DNA from: an uncultured Bacteroidales bacterium
GTDB lineage: Bacteria > Bacteroidota > Bacteroidia > Bacteroidales > WCHB1-69
Assembly: GCA_905233745.1 (NCBI GenBank)
Contig: CAJODA010000002.1
Span: 1,916 to 65,915, forward strand
DNA length: 64,000 nucleotides
Direction: 5' to 3'
Shown: positions 1 to 9,365 of the stretch, one piece after another
Numbering within the stretch: the first letter of the stretch is position 1
Layout of the letters: every line of letters starts with the position of its first letter
The notes under the pieces: generated by a model
Seen by the model: the letters and a program-made list of their open reading frames with translations, nothing else
The model's database searches: none
Told to the model about the DNA's origin: nothing
Made by a program: the position numbers and the translations under genes

Positions 1-586
1 CCACAATGATGAATATGATAAATAGGATGAACGCGAAAACCAAAATGGGTGCGACACCCTTATCTGACGAATTCAAATCTTCGGCAGAAATTTCGCCCGC
101 AGCCAAAGGAAGAATGTATGCCAACGCGGAATCCACCGCTGCGCCATAACGCTCCTCCCGAAGCTCGGGAATCATCTTCAGCTCTATGATACGCTTGGCG
201 ACGGCATCGGGAATTGCCCCCTCCAAATCGTAACCCACGGAAATATAGACATCCCCTCCCCCATTGCTGTTACGGGGCTTGATGAGGATAACCACACCGT
301 TGCGTTTCTCTTTGGAACGTACGCCCCACTTGTCACCAATCTCATAGGCAAATTGGGCGGCAGAGTAGCCATCCAGATTGTCCACCGTCACCACACAGAT
401 AACATTGGAGGTGCTATCATTGAAGTCCACCAGACGTTGCTCCATGTCGCGAACCTGCTCCGGCGGCAACACCCCGGCAAAGTCATTGACCAGCCGCGGA
501 GGATCAGGCGCCGGAGGAATGGCGGCATTCAAGAATCCGCCAGCCGCCATGGCCAGCAAAAACAGACATAGAGCAATTCTTCTCAT
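1..586 (-). CDS. TPM (YgcG-like) domain protein; 3' end runs off the window
   Basis: Absent from the ORF track because it is open at the window edge. My minus-strand translation from the ATG at 584-586 gives MRRIALCLFLLAMAAGGFLNA (signal peptide), then LVNDFAGVLPPEQVRDMEQRLVDFNDSTSNVICVVTVDNLDGYSAAQFAYEIGDKWGV...NGVVILIKP, then a hydrophobic VAPILVFAFILFIIFIIV segment. It lies 2 nt downstream of lemA, the common lemA-TPM pairing. Confidence 0.75.
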   Translation of the reverse strand, partial: MRRIALCLFLLAMAAGGFLNAAIPPAPDPPRLVNDFAGVLPPEQVRDMEQRLVDFNDSTSNVICVVTVDNLDGYSAAQFAYEIGDKWGVRSKEKRNGVVILIKPRNSNGGGDVYISVGYDLEGAIPDAVAKRIIELKMIPELREERYGAAVDSALAYILPLAAGEISAEDLNSSDKGVAPILVFAFILFIIFIIV

Positions 587-588
587 GC

Positions 589-1188
589 TTAGTTGAAGTT
601 GAAGTCAACAGATGGAGCGTTCTCGGCACCTGCAGTTGCCTGGAAATAGCCCTTCTTGTCGAAGTTGAAGATTCCTGCAACAATATTGTTCGGGAATTTG
701 CGGATATAGGTATTGTAGTCTTTAACCACCTCGTTGAATTTGTTGCGTTCCACTGCTATACGGTTCTCGGTGCCCTCAAGCTGTGACTGCAGTTCCAGGA
801 AATTCTGGTTGGCTTTCAGCTCCGGGTAGCGCTCTACAACCACCATAAGGCGACTCAATGCGGAGCTCAACTCATCTTGCGCCTTCTGGAACTGGGCAAT
901 GGAATTCTCGTCCAGTTTGTCGGCATTCACTTGCACAGATGAAGCCTTGGCGCGAGCTTCGACGACAGCCTCCAAAGTTCCCTTCTCATAATCGGCCGCA
1001 CCTTGCACGGTTTTCACCAAATTGGGGATAAGGTCCAGACGACGCTGATAGACGTTTTCAACATTGGCCCATGCGCCGGAACATGCCTCGTCTTTCTTCA
1101 CCATAGTGTTATACGGCGTGATAAGCATGGCAAGCAGCACCAAAATAACAACAGCCACAATAACAATTGTCAAAACTGATTTTTTCAT
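589..1188 (-). CDS. lemA: LemA family protein
   Basis: 199 aa with an N-terminal TM helix, followed by the LemA pattern NVENVYQRRLDLIPNLV...ERYPELKANQNFLELQ..LEGTENRIAVER..FN. Confidence 0.9.
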   Translation of the reverse strand: MKKSVLTIVIVAVVILVLLAMLITPYNTMVKKDEACSGAWANVENVYQRRLDLIPNLVKTVQGAADYEKGTLEAVVEARAKASSVQVNADKLDENSIAQFQKAQDELSSALSRLMVVVERYPELKANQNFLELQSQLEGTENRIAVERNKFNEVVKDYNTYIRKFPNNIVAGIFNFDKKGYFQATAGAENAPSVDFNFN

Positions 1189-1234
1189 TTTTAAATAATT
1201 TTATTAAAACTAAATAATTGTCTTTTTGCAATTG

Positions 1235-1242
1235 CAAAAATA
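1235..1242 (-). promoter_or_regulatory. Bacteroidota -7 promoter box (TATTTTTG on the minus strand) upstream of lemA
   Basis: The reverse complement of caaaaata matches TAnnTTTG. It lies in the waaA-lemA gap and overlaps an 18-bp perfect palindrome. Confidence 0.5.
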
Positions 1243-1255
1243 GCAAATATTGTAC

Positions 1256-2491
1256 CTAACTGGTTTTTGTAGTGAATATTCTCTCGTAAATAAGGTCACA
1301 TGCTCCAATGTTATTCTGAACATACTGCCTGCAGATGGCACAAGTTTCCTCATAATAGGCCCTGTCTTCCTCAAAGCGGCGGATAATTTCCAGCATCTCC
1401 TTGTAAGAACGGACGGAAAAAGCGCCTTTTTGCCGCACCAACATAACCGCCTCATTAAAATGGCTGTATATGGGTCCGAAGAAAAGGGGTACTCCAAACA
1501 CAGCAGCTTCCAAAATGTTGTGGAGGCCTGTTTTAAATGCCCCTCCGACATAGGAAATGTCGCTGTATTTGTAAATTTTGCTCAACATTCCAATAGTGTC
1601 CACAACCAGCACGTCCATTGCAGCCAGCGAATTGCCCTCAATTTCCGTATAACAAACGGTCTTGAAATCCCCGAACGTTTTCATCACCTCCGGCTTGCGG
1701 CTGATTTCATGGGGGGCAACAATCAGCTTGTATCCTTGCAGGTGGGTGAGCAGGTGGGCCAAGAGCGCCTCATCAGGTCCCCAGGTGCTGCCGGCGACAA
1801 TGAGTTTGCGGTCTTGCTTAAACTGCTCCACAAATTCAAGCGAATAGGGCTGGCTGGCAATGGCATGAACACGGTCGAAGCGGGTGTCTCCACACACCTC
1901 CGCCTGATGGATGTCAATGCTTTTCAGCAACTGGCGCGACTCCTCATTCTGAACAAAGAAGCCGGAGGCCCTGCCCAATTGACGGGCAGCCCATTTGCCT
2001 TGCGGCCTGAAAAAATACTGTCCGGGCCGGAAAATGGCACTGACATAGTAGAAAGGGATGCCCCGCTCACTAAGCTGCGCCATGTAATTGAACCAAAACT
2101 CGTATTTGATAAAGATGGCCATGCTTGGTTGGACTATCTGCATGAAACGGCGGGCATTCCGCATTGTGTCTGCCGGCAAATAGAAGATATAATCCGGCAG
2201 CGTGTCGTTTTTCCGGACCTCATATCCTGAAGGGGAAAAAAACGTAACCAGAATCTTGGTTTCAGGCTGCTGTTGTTTGATCTTCTCAATAAGAGGTCTT
2301 GCCTGTTCATACTCACCCAGCGAGGCACTGTGAATCCACACCGGATGCTCATCTCCTTGGAAAGTATTGCTTAAATCCTCAAAAACGCCCTTTCTACCCC
2401 TTATCCAGAGGCGGGCTTTTTTGCTGAATATGGAAGCAATGACAATCCCGAAGGAGTAAAGGATAATTCCTATTGAGAACAGGACAAGCAT
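1256..2491 (-). CDS. waaA: 3-deoxy-D-manno-octulosonic acid (Kdo) transferase
   Basis: 411 aa with an N-terminal membrane anchor. It carries WIHSASLGEYEQARPLIE and FSPSGYE motifs, and its C-terminal GGAF...HNILEAAVFGVP is typical of KdtA/WaaA. Confidence 0.9.
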   Translation of the reverse strand: MLVLFSIGIILYSFGIVIASIFSKKARLWIRGRKGVFEDLSNTFQGDEHPVWIHSASLGEYEQARPLIEKIKQQQPETKILVTFFSPSGYEVRKNDTLPDYIFYLPADTMRNARRFMQIVQPSMAIFIKYEFWFNYMAQLSERGIPFYYVSAIFRPGQYFFRPQGKWAARQLGRASGFFVQNEESRQLLKSIDIHQAEVCGDTRFDRVHAIASQPYSLEFVEQFKQDRKLIVAGSTWGPDEALLAHLLTHLQGYKLIVAPHEISRKPEVMKTFGDFKTVCYTEIEGNSLAAMDVLVVDTIGMLSKIYKYSDISYVGGAFKTGLHNILEAAVFGVPLFFGPIYSHFNEAVMLVRQKGAFSVRSYKEMLEIIRRFEEDRAYYEETCAICRQYVQNNIGACDLIYERIFTTKTS

Positions 2492-2493
2492 AG

Positions 2494-3288
2494 CTATCTA
2501 TAGTAGAATGTGGTAACGGACTTTTTCTCGTAAAGAGGAATATTCCAGCCGATTTTGAGACTCACCAGGCCGCTGAAACGGTTCTTCATACCAGCAGTCG
2601 GACCTTCGTAGAAGATGTAGTTGCGACTCGGTTTTGTCCATATCTCATAGATCTCGATACCGCCATAGAAGTTGAGGATTCTGTTTTTCTGATTGAAAAG
2701 ATATCCCACAAACTGGCTCATGGCAAAACCGGCGGAGAGATGGTCATAACCTTTGGTATAATTGCCATCCAACTGGGGCACTTGGTGGTCGTAGTCGTTG
2801 ATACGGATCTTGTGTCCGAAATAACCCGCACCGAAGCGCAGCCAGATGCCGGAGTTTTTCCACCTGTTGACCGGTATGATTTTACCCACACCTACACCAA
2901 CTGTCCAATAGCGGCCTTCAAAATAGAGGGTGGCCTTGTTGCCATTTCCATCCCACACAATGCCGTCACTGTTCGCCAGATCCCCTAAAAACGCAAAAGT
3001 GGTATCGCGGAGATTGCCGCCAAACATATAGTTGAAGCCGACATCCAGCGTCCAGTTGCTTTTGGTTTTGAAGGTCACATTGGCACCAACGGCCAAATTG
3101 GGCTTGAACCACTCCCGCAAATATCCCATGGGCAATTGCCCGGACATGTTTACGCCGGCCCAAACCATCGTGGCCGACGTGTCTACATAGTTCTTATCCT
3201 TGAAATCTGTCCGGATGTTAGACTGTGCCTGCAAACCCGCAGGCAGCAGACAAAAACCGATTAACAATGCGAATAAGAGACGTTTCAT
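2494..3288 (-). CDS. Hypothetical outer-membrane beta-barrel protein
   Basis: I trimmed the ORF-track start (3369) to the ATG at 3286-3288, which gives MKRLLFALLIGFCLLPAGLQAQ (signal peptide) and removes the overlap with the aminotransferase gene. The sequence is rich in alternating aromatic and Gly residues, as expected for beta strands. No family recognised. Confidence 0.5.
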   Translation of the reverse strand: MKRLLFALLIGFCLLPAGLQAQSNIRTDFKDKNYVDTSATMVWAGVNMSGQLPMGYLREWFKPNLAVGANVTFKTKSNWTLDVGFNYMFGGNLRDTTFAFLGDLANSDGIVWDGNGNKATLYFEGRYWTVGVGVGKIIPVNRWKNSGIWLRFGAGYFGHKIRINDYDHQVPQLDGNYTKGYDHLSAGFAMSQFVGYLFNQKNRILNFYGGIEIYEIWTKPSRNYIFYEGPTAGMKNRFSGLVSLKIGWNIPLYEKKSVTTFYYR

Positions 3289-3323
3289 AACGGGGGTACA
3301 AGGTGAAGGGTTCCTGAAATGTA

Positions 3324-4523
3324 CTAGATGGTTCGGCCGGGATAGACTTTGAGGGCCTCTTCGAGGCATTTCACAGCCTTTCTCAGGTCTTCGACCTTGA
3401 GACAGTAACTAATGCGGACCTCATCGGTGCCCTGTCCCTTAGTGGAATAGAAACCGGTGGCGGGGGCCATCATGGTAGTTTCACCATTATAGTTAAACTC
3501 TTCGAGCATCCATTGGCAGAAGCGGTCGGAGTTGTCGATGGGAAGACGGGCCACACAATAGAAGGCGCCTTTGGGCATAGGCACGAAGCAACCGGGGATA
3601 GCGTTCACACCGTTAACCACAGTGTTACGGCGAGCCACATAGTCCGTGATGACGGCGTCGAAATACTCCTTCGGGGTTTCCACAGCAGCTTCTCCCAGAA
3701 TCTGACCGTATGTCGGGGGCGACAGACGGGCCTGGGCGAATTTCATGGCCGTGTTGTAAACATCCTTGTTGTGGGTAATGAGCGCACCCGTACGCACACC
3801 ACAGGCACTATAACGCTTGGAAACGGAATCCAAGAGAACCACATTCTGCTCCAGACCTTCCAACTGCATCACGGAGAAATGTTTCACTCCGTCATAGCAG
3901 AACTCACGGTAAACTTCATCGGCGAACAGGAAAAGATCATGCTTCTTGGCAATAGCCCCCAATTGGCGAATCTCTTCCTCCGAGTAAAGGTAACCGGTAG
4001 GATTGTTGGGATTGCACACCATAATCGCCTTGGTCTTCGGCGTGATGATTTTCTCAAACTCCTCAATAGAAGGAAGTGCGAAACCGTTGTCAATAGTGGA
4101 GACAATGGGTTTCACCACAACACCACAAGTAACGGCAAAACCGTTGTAGTTTGCGTAGAAGGGCTCCGGAATAATAATCTCATCGCCCGGATCCATACAA
4201 CTGTTAAAGGCAAAAAGCAGACCTTCGCTACCACCGGTGGTGATCAGAATTTCATCCGGTGTGATATCAATACCCACACTGTGATAGTACTCCACCAGTT
4301 TCTGACGATAGCTGAGGTTACCGGCAGAATGGGTATAGGCAATTACAGGGACATCGGCATTCTTGACCGCTTCACGGGCACCTTTCGGCGTCTCGATATC
4401 CGGTTGGCCAATGTTCAGGTGATAGACGTGGACACCACGTGACTTTGCTGCATCGGAAAACGGGACCAGTTTACGAATTGGGGATGAGGGCATGGTTTGG
4501 CCCTTTTTTGAAATTTGAGGCAT
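3324..4523 (-). CDS. Pyridoxal-phosphate-dependent aminotransferase, class I/II (aspartate/aromatic type)
   Basis: 399 aa with SPIRKL near the N-terminus, CNPNNPTG, and the PLP-lysine context DSVSKRYSACGVRTG. The start could instead be the ATG at 4493. Confidence 0.85.
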   Translation of the reverse strand: MPQISKKGQTMPSSPIRKLVPFSDAAKSRGVHVYHLNIGQPDIETPKGAREAVKNADVPVIAYTHSAGNLSYRQKLVEYYHSVGIDITPDEILITTGGSEGLLFAFNSCMDPGDEIIIPEPFYANYNGFAVTCGVVVKPIVSTIDNGFALPSIEEFEKIITPKTKAIMVCNPNNPTGYLYSEEEIRQLGAIAKKHDLFLFADEVYREFCYDGVKHFSVMQLEGLEQNVVLLDSVSKRYSACGVRTGALITHNKDVYNTAMKFAQARLSPPTYGQILGEAAVETPKEYFDAVITDYVARRNTVVNGVNAIPGCFVPMPKGAFYCVARLPIDNSDRFCQWMLEEFNYNGETTMMAPATGFYSTKGQGTDEVRISYCLKVEDLRKAVKCLEEALKVYPGRTI

Positions 4524-4576
4524 AGTATTTTAATGTATTGATTATTAATTATATATATATTCGCTAGTAGAAAGCG

Positions 4577-4584
4577 CAAAAATA
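4577..4584 (-). promoter_or_regulatory. -7 promoter box (TATTTTTG on the minus strand) for the aminotransferase gene
   Basis: The reverse complement of caaaaata matches TAnnTTTG and lies in the divergent intergenic region. Confidence 0.5.
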
Positions 4585-4640
4585 CACTTTTTTAAGACAT
4601 TTTAGTAGCCTTGCTTATTATATGCATATCTTATTTTTTT

Positions 4641-4648
4641 TATTTTTG
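4641..4648 (+). promoter_or_regulatory. -7 promoter box TATTTTTG for the Omp85-family gene
   Basis: Matches TAnnTTTG, 24 nt upstream of the ATG at 4673. Confidence 0.55.
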
Positions 4649-4672
4649 CATCGTTTTTTAAAAATTTCTTTT

Positions 4673-6115
4673 ATGAATCGACACTTACTACTACTAATTT
4701 GCTTATTGTTCTTATGTGGAAACAGTCTGCAAGCGCAGGTGGAAATCACTAAGGCCAAGACTGAAAAGACCGAAAAGACAAAGAAGGCCAAAAAGCCGAA
4801 AAAAGACAAGAGTGCTGTACGTACAGGCTGGACATTTGGTGTTCTGCCATCGGTGGCATACGATGCTGACAAGGGTTTCCAGTACGGCCTGCTTGCCAAC
4901 GTGTACGATTTTGGCGACGGCTCCGTCTATCCCGAATATTTCCATTCACTCTACTTCGAGGCCGCCTACACGACCAAACGTTCTGGTCTGTTCCGCTTCG
5001 CATACGACTCCAAATATCTCATACCCGGGCATCGTCTGAAAATAGACGTGTCCTACCTTCCCGACGCCCTGTGTGACTTTTACGGCTACAATGGGTATCA
5101 GACCGTTTATAATGCCGGATGGGCGAAGAAAAAATATGAGGAAACATACATTTCCAGAGCATTTTATAAGTCGCGCCGCGATTTGTTCCGTGTAGCTGCG
5201 GATATAGACGGGAGCATTGGTCAGAACTGGTACTGGAATGCAGGCATCGGACTTCTCGGATATCAGATTGGTCGGGTTAACATAGCCATGATTAATCGCA
5301 ACAAGAAGCCCGAGAACATTTTACCCGATGTGGACGGTCTGTACGAGAAGTACGTTAAATGGGGGATTCTTGCACCCAACGAAGCCAATGGTGGCTGGCA
5401 TCCCTACCTGCGCGGAGGTATCTCCTATGACAGCCGCGACCGTCAGCAGAACACCCAAAAGGGTATGAATGCCGAGGTTTTCCTGACCTACAATGCCGCT
5501 TTCGGCGAGGATAAGGATTTCAATAACTTGATGCTCAACGCCTCTTTCCGCCATTTTGTGCCCGTTTATAAAGATTACATCACCTTCGCTTACCGTGCGG
5601 CCGCACAGCTCACGGTGGCAGGCAACTCCCCATTCTATCTGAGCAACTACTACAACAACCTGTTCATCCAACGCGTGCTTTACGAAGGACTTGGCGGTGG
5701 AAACACGCTCAGAGGTGTGCTCCGCAACCGCATCACCGCACCCGGATATGCCTTCGCCAACGTGGAGTTCCGTTTCAAGGTCTGCAAATTCGATATCGGG
5801 AAGGAGCATTTCTTCATCGGACTCAACCCCTTCGTTGATGCCGGAATGGTCCTCCAACGCTATCGCCTCGACGAAATCGCCATCCGCCAGAATATTGCAG
5901 CCAATGATCCCGATTTTGACGTTTCCCAACTGGAAGACTATATTGTCTTTGGCGACAAGGCAAATGTCTATCGCCCGCACTTCTCCGGCGGCCTGGGTCT
6001 CAAACTGATGATGAACGACAACTTCGTGCTTTCCGTCGATTGGGCCGTTCCTTTTGACAAAAGAGACAATGACGGCATGGCCAACATCTATGTGAAAATG
6101 GGTTACATGTTCTAG
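4673..6115 (+). CDS. Omp85 (BamA/TamA-type, surface antigen D15) family outer-membrane barrel without POTRA domains
   Basis: Start reset to MNRHLLLLICLLFLCGNSLQAQ (signal peptide). A Lys-rich segment follows. The barrel carries the motif GGGNTLRGV...ANVEFRF and ends in an aromatic residue (...KMGYMF). Confidence 0.65.
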   Translation: MNRHLLLLICLLFLCGNSLQAQVEITKAKTEKTEKTKKAKKPKKDKSAVRTGWTFGVLPSVAYDADKGFQYGLLANVYDFGDGSVYPEYFHSLYFEAAYTTKRSGLFRFAYDSKYLIPGHRLKIDVSYLPDALCDFYGYNGYQTVYNAGWAKKKYEETYISRAFYKSRRDLFRVAADIDGSIGQNWYWNAGIGLLGYQIGRVNIAMINRNKKPENILPDVDGLYEKYVKWGILAPNEANGGWHPYLRGGISYDSRDRQQNTQKGMNAEVFLTYNAAFGEDKDFNNLMLNASFRHFVPVYKDYITFAYRAAAQLTVAGNSPFYLSNYYNNLFIQRVLYEGLGGGNTLRGVLRNRITAPGYAFANVEFRFKVCKFDIGKEHFFIGLNPFVDAGMVLQRYRLDEIAIRQNIAANDPDFDVSQLEDYIVFGDKANVYRPHFSGGLGLKLMMNDNFVLSVDWAVPFDKRDNDGMANIYVKMGYMF

Positions 6116-6126
6116 CCTGCCTGACT

Positions 6127-7137
6127 ATGAGAGTTGAAGAGCACTACTCATTAAAAAATCATAACACATTTGGTATCGACATCAAATGTGACCGTTTCAT
6201 AGCGGTAGAGCACCCCGACGAGGTTGCGGAATTGATAGGGGAAGGTGTTTTCCTGAATCCATTCTTTATCCTTGGCGGCGGCAGCAATGTGCTTTTCACC
6301 AAAGATTATCATGGAACAGTTATTCATCCGGTCTTCAAGGGGATAGAGACGCTGGAAGAGTCCGAAAAAGCAGTCCTCCTGCGTGTAGCCGCCGGTGAGG
6401 AATGGGACGCTTTGCAGCAGTTCTGCCTCCAACATCTCCTATACGGACTGGAGAATCTGACAGGCATCCCGGGCAATGTGGGCAGTGCCCCGGTGCAGAA
6501 CATCGGTGCCTATGGAACGGAAGTGAGAGACTGCATTGATCATGTGGAAGGCTGGCGCGTGGACACGGGCGAAGTTTTCCGTTTCTCCAACGAGCAGTGC
6601 CGGTTTGGATACCGCGACTCCATCTTCAAGAACGAAATGAAAGGCAAATGCCTCATCACCCATGTCACATTCAAGCTTTCCAGAATCGAACATTACAATC
6701 TGAAATACAAGGCACTGAGCGATGCGCTGGAGAACGCTCGATTGCAGCCTTCTCTGAAAAATGTGACCGATTGCATCCTTATGGTGCGCAACAGCAAACT
6801 GCCCGACATTACCAAAATCGGATGTGCCGGCAGTTTTTTCAAAAACCCGGTCATTCCTTTTTCCGATTTCGAGATTCTCCGTCGGAATATTCCCGATCTG
6901 GTTTCCTACCCCGCGCCCAACGGCCAAGTGAAATTGGCGGCCGGGCAGCTGATTGAGAAAGCGGGCTGGAAAGGCCGTCGCTTAGGCAACGCCGGCGTTT
7001 ACGACAAACAAGCCCTCGTGATTGTAAATTATGGTGACGCTTCACCGCAAGAAGTGATTGCGGTTTGTGAGGCAGTTATCCGCGACGTTCACGAAAAATT
7101 CCACGTCACCCTCTGCCCAGAAGTCAACATATTGTAA
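6127..7137 (+). CDS. murB: UDP-N-acetylenolpyruvoylglucosamine reductase
   Basis: 336 aa with the FAD-binding motif ILGGGSNVLF, GIPGNVGSAPVQNIGAYG, and a C-terminal GSFFKNP / AGQLIEKAGWKG pattern. Confidence 0.9.
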   Translation: MRVEEHYSLKNHNTFGIDIKCDRFIAVEHPDEVAELIGEGVFLNPFFILGGGSNVLFTKDYHGTVIHPVFKGIETLEESEKAVLLRVAAGEEWDALQQFCLQHLLYGLENLTGIPGNVGSAPVQNIGAYGTEVRDCIDHVEGWRVDTGEVFRFSNEQCRFGYRDSIFKNEMKGKCLITHVTFKLSRIEHYNLKYKALSDALENARLQPSLKNVTDCILMVRNSKLPDITKIGCAGSFFKNPVIPFSDFEILRRNIPDLVSYPAPNGQVKLAAGQLIEKAGWKGRRLGNAGVYDKQALVIVNYGDASPQEVIAVCEAVIRDVHEKFHVTLCPEVNIL

Positions 7138-7156
7138 AAAACAAACTCTTAAAACA

Positions 7157-9349
7157 ATGGATAAAGTAACTATTTTACCTTACGACAGGATTTATAAGAA
7201 TTTCATTGATCCGAAATATTTGCACGACGGACACGATGAGCACTACTATCGCAACCGGCAGGTCAAAAGCCCCGATGGTGGCTGGCGGCATCTGCGCTCA
7301 GATGAAATAGAGCAACTGGTGCTCAATAACAACACAGCTTCCAACTGGGATGACATTTGGGTGACCAATGAGTTTGACACCAGTATGGTGCGCAACAACC
7401 GTTTCTTCGGAATGGTACGTATCGGGCGGGTCCGCAAAGAAATCCTGCAATATCATGACCTCCATGTGCCCGTGGGCATAACAGACAGCAGCATCATCTC
7501 TTGTGACATTGGTGATGATGCAGCTATACATGATGTTCACTACATGGCCAACTATATTATCGGCGAACGCTCCATCCTTTTCAACATTCAGGAGCTCTCC
7601 ACCACCGACCACTCCAAGTTCGGAAACGGCGTGGTAAAGGAGGGTGAGCCGGAAGATGTCCGGGTTTGCCTGGAGGTGATGAATGAGAACGGAGGACGCT
7701 CCATTCTCCCCTTCGACGGCATGATTACCGCCGATGCCTATCTATGGGCCAAATATGTGGATGACACCCGTCTTCAGGAACGCCTGAAGGAAATCACTCA
7801 AAAGCACATCAGCAATCATCGTGGCTTCTACGGCACCATCGGCGAGAGTTGTGTCATCAAAAACTGCTGGATTCTCAAGGATGCTAAGATTGGCCCACAC
7901 TGCTATATTAAAGGCGCATCCAAGTTGAAGAACGTCACCATCAACTCTTCCGAGGAGGAGCCGACACAAATCGGAGAAGGCGTCATTCTGGTCAACGGCA
8001 TCACAGGGTACGGATGTCATATCTTCTATTCCGTAACCGCTACCCGTTTCGTACTCGGTGACAACTGCAACCTCAAATACGGGGCACGCTTGATCCACTC
8101 CGTCTTAGGCGACAACTCCACCATATCATGCTGTGAGGTTCTCAACAACCTCATCTTCCCCTCGCATGAACAACACCACAACAATTCGTTCCTCATCTCC
8201 GCCTGCGTGATGGGACAAAGCAACATGGCTGCGGGTGCCACCATGGGTTCCAACCACAACAGCCGCGCCACCGATGGTGAGATTGTGGCCGGACGCGGTT
8301 TCTGGCCCGGACTCTGCACCAGTGTCAAACACTCCTCCAAATTCGCATCTTTCACCCTGCTCGCCAAGTCCGACTTTCCTCATGAACTCAACATTAAACT
8401 GCCGTTCAGCCTGGTGAACAACAATGCCAAAGCCAACGAACTGGAGGTAATGCCCGCCTATTGGTGGATGTACAACATGTATGCCATTGCACGAAACACC
8501 TCCAAATACCAGAGTCGTGACAAACGCAAACGGAAGATTCAAAATATAGAGTTTGAAACTTTCGCTCCCGACACTATGGAAGAGGCTATCGAAGCCCGCA
8601 AACTGCTCGAGGGTTGGACCGGCAAGGCTTATTTGCTGAAACAAGGGAACTTTGACCCCAACATGGATTTCAAAGAACTGCGTAAGATTGGCAAACAGCT
8701 GCTTGACAACGAGCCGGAAACCGCCAAGTCATTGGAAGTATTAGGAGAGGGCATGGAGTGCGGTCATCGGAAAGTACGTATTCTGAAAGCCTGTCAGGCA
8801 TACCACGCATACGGCGACATGATTACCTATTATGCCGTTAACAACATCACACGCTTCTTACGGGATAATCCCTCCTTCACTCTGGAGGAATTGTGCAAAG
8901 AGATTGAAAGCAAACGCCAGCGTGAATGGATTAACTTAGGCGGACAACTCATGAACGGTGACGAAATTGATAGACTCATCCACGACATCAACTACGGCAT
9001 TCTGGACAACTGGGATGCCATCCATCACCGCTACGATGAGATTTGGAGAAGCTATCCCATGGAAAAACTTCGTCATGCATACCTCTCCCTGGTTTTCCTG
9101 CATAAGGAAGAGACCGATACGCTCACTCCTGAAATTTGGAACAAGGCCAAAAACGATGCCAAACGCATTCAGCAATACATCTGCGACCAGGTCTATATTA
9201 CCCGTAAAAAGGATTATGACAACGAATTCCGCAACGCCACTTTCCGCAATGAGGCAGAGAAAATCGCGGTTGTTGGGGAAATTGACGAAGTTAGCTTCGT
9301 AAAACAGATTCGCAAGGAGACAGAAGAATTCATCTCCAGACTTGATTAA
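7157..9349 (+). CDS. Large left-handed beta-helix (hexapeptide-like) protein of unknown function, DUF4954-like
   Basis: Start reset to the ATG at 7157 (MDKVTILPYD...). The central region shows repeated short [IVL]-G-x-x-x-x turns (IGESCVIKNCWILKDAKIGPHCYIKGASKLKNVTI...LGDNCNLKYGARLIHSVLGDNSTIS) and is followed by a long helical C-terminal part. The family name is recalled from memory, not searched. Confidence 0.6.
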   Translation: MDKVTILPYDRIYKNFIDPKYLHDGHDEHYYRNRQVKSPDGGWRHLRSDEIEQLVLNNNTASNWDDIWVTNEFDTSMVRNNRFFGMVRIGRVRKEILQYHDLHVPVGITDSSIISCDIGDDAAIHDVHYMANYIIGERSILFNIQELSTTDHSKFGNGVVKEGEPEDVRVCLEVMNENGGRSILPFDGMITADAYLWAKYVDDTRLQERLKEITQKHISNHRGFYGTIGESCVIKNCWILKDAKIGPHCYIKGASKLKNVTINSSEEEPTQIGEGVILVNGITGYGCHIFYSVTATRFVLGDNCNLKYGARLIHSVLGDNSTISCCEVLNNLIFPSHEQHHNNSFLISACVMGQSNMAAGATMGSNHNSRATDGEIVAGRGFWPGLCTSVKHSSKFASFTLLAKSDFPHELNIKLPFSLVNNNAKANELEVMPAYWWMYNMYAIARNTSKYQSRDKRKRKIQNIEFETFAPDTMEEAIEARKLLEGWTGKAYLLKQGNFDPNMDFKELRKIGKQLLDNEPETAKSLEVLGEGMECGHRKVRILKACQAYHAYGDMITYYAVNNITRFLRDNPSFTLEELCKEIESKRQREWINLGGQLMNGDEIDRLIHDINYGILDNWDAIHHRYDEIWRSYPMEKLRHAYLSLVFLHKEETDTLTPEIWNKAKNDAKRIQQYICDQVYITRKKDYDNEFRNATFRNEAEKIAVVGEIDEVSFVKQIRKETEEFISRLD

Positions 9350-9365
9350 TAAAAACAGAAGAAAA

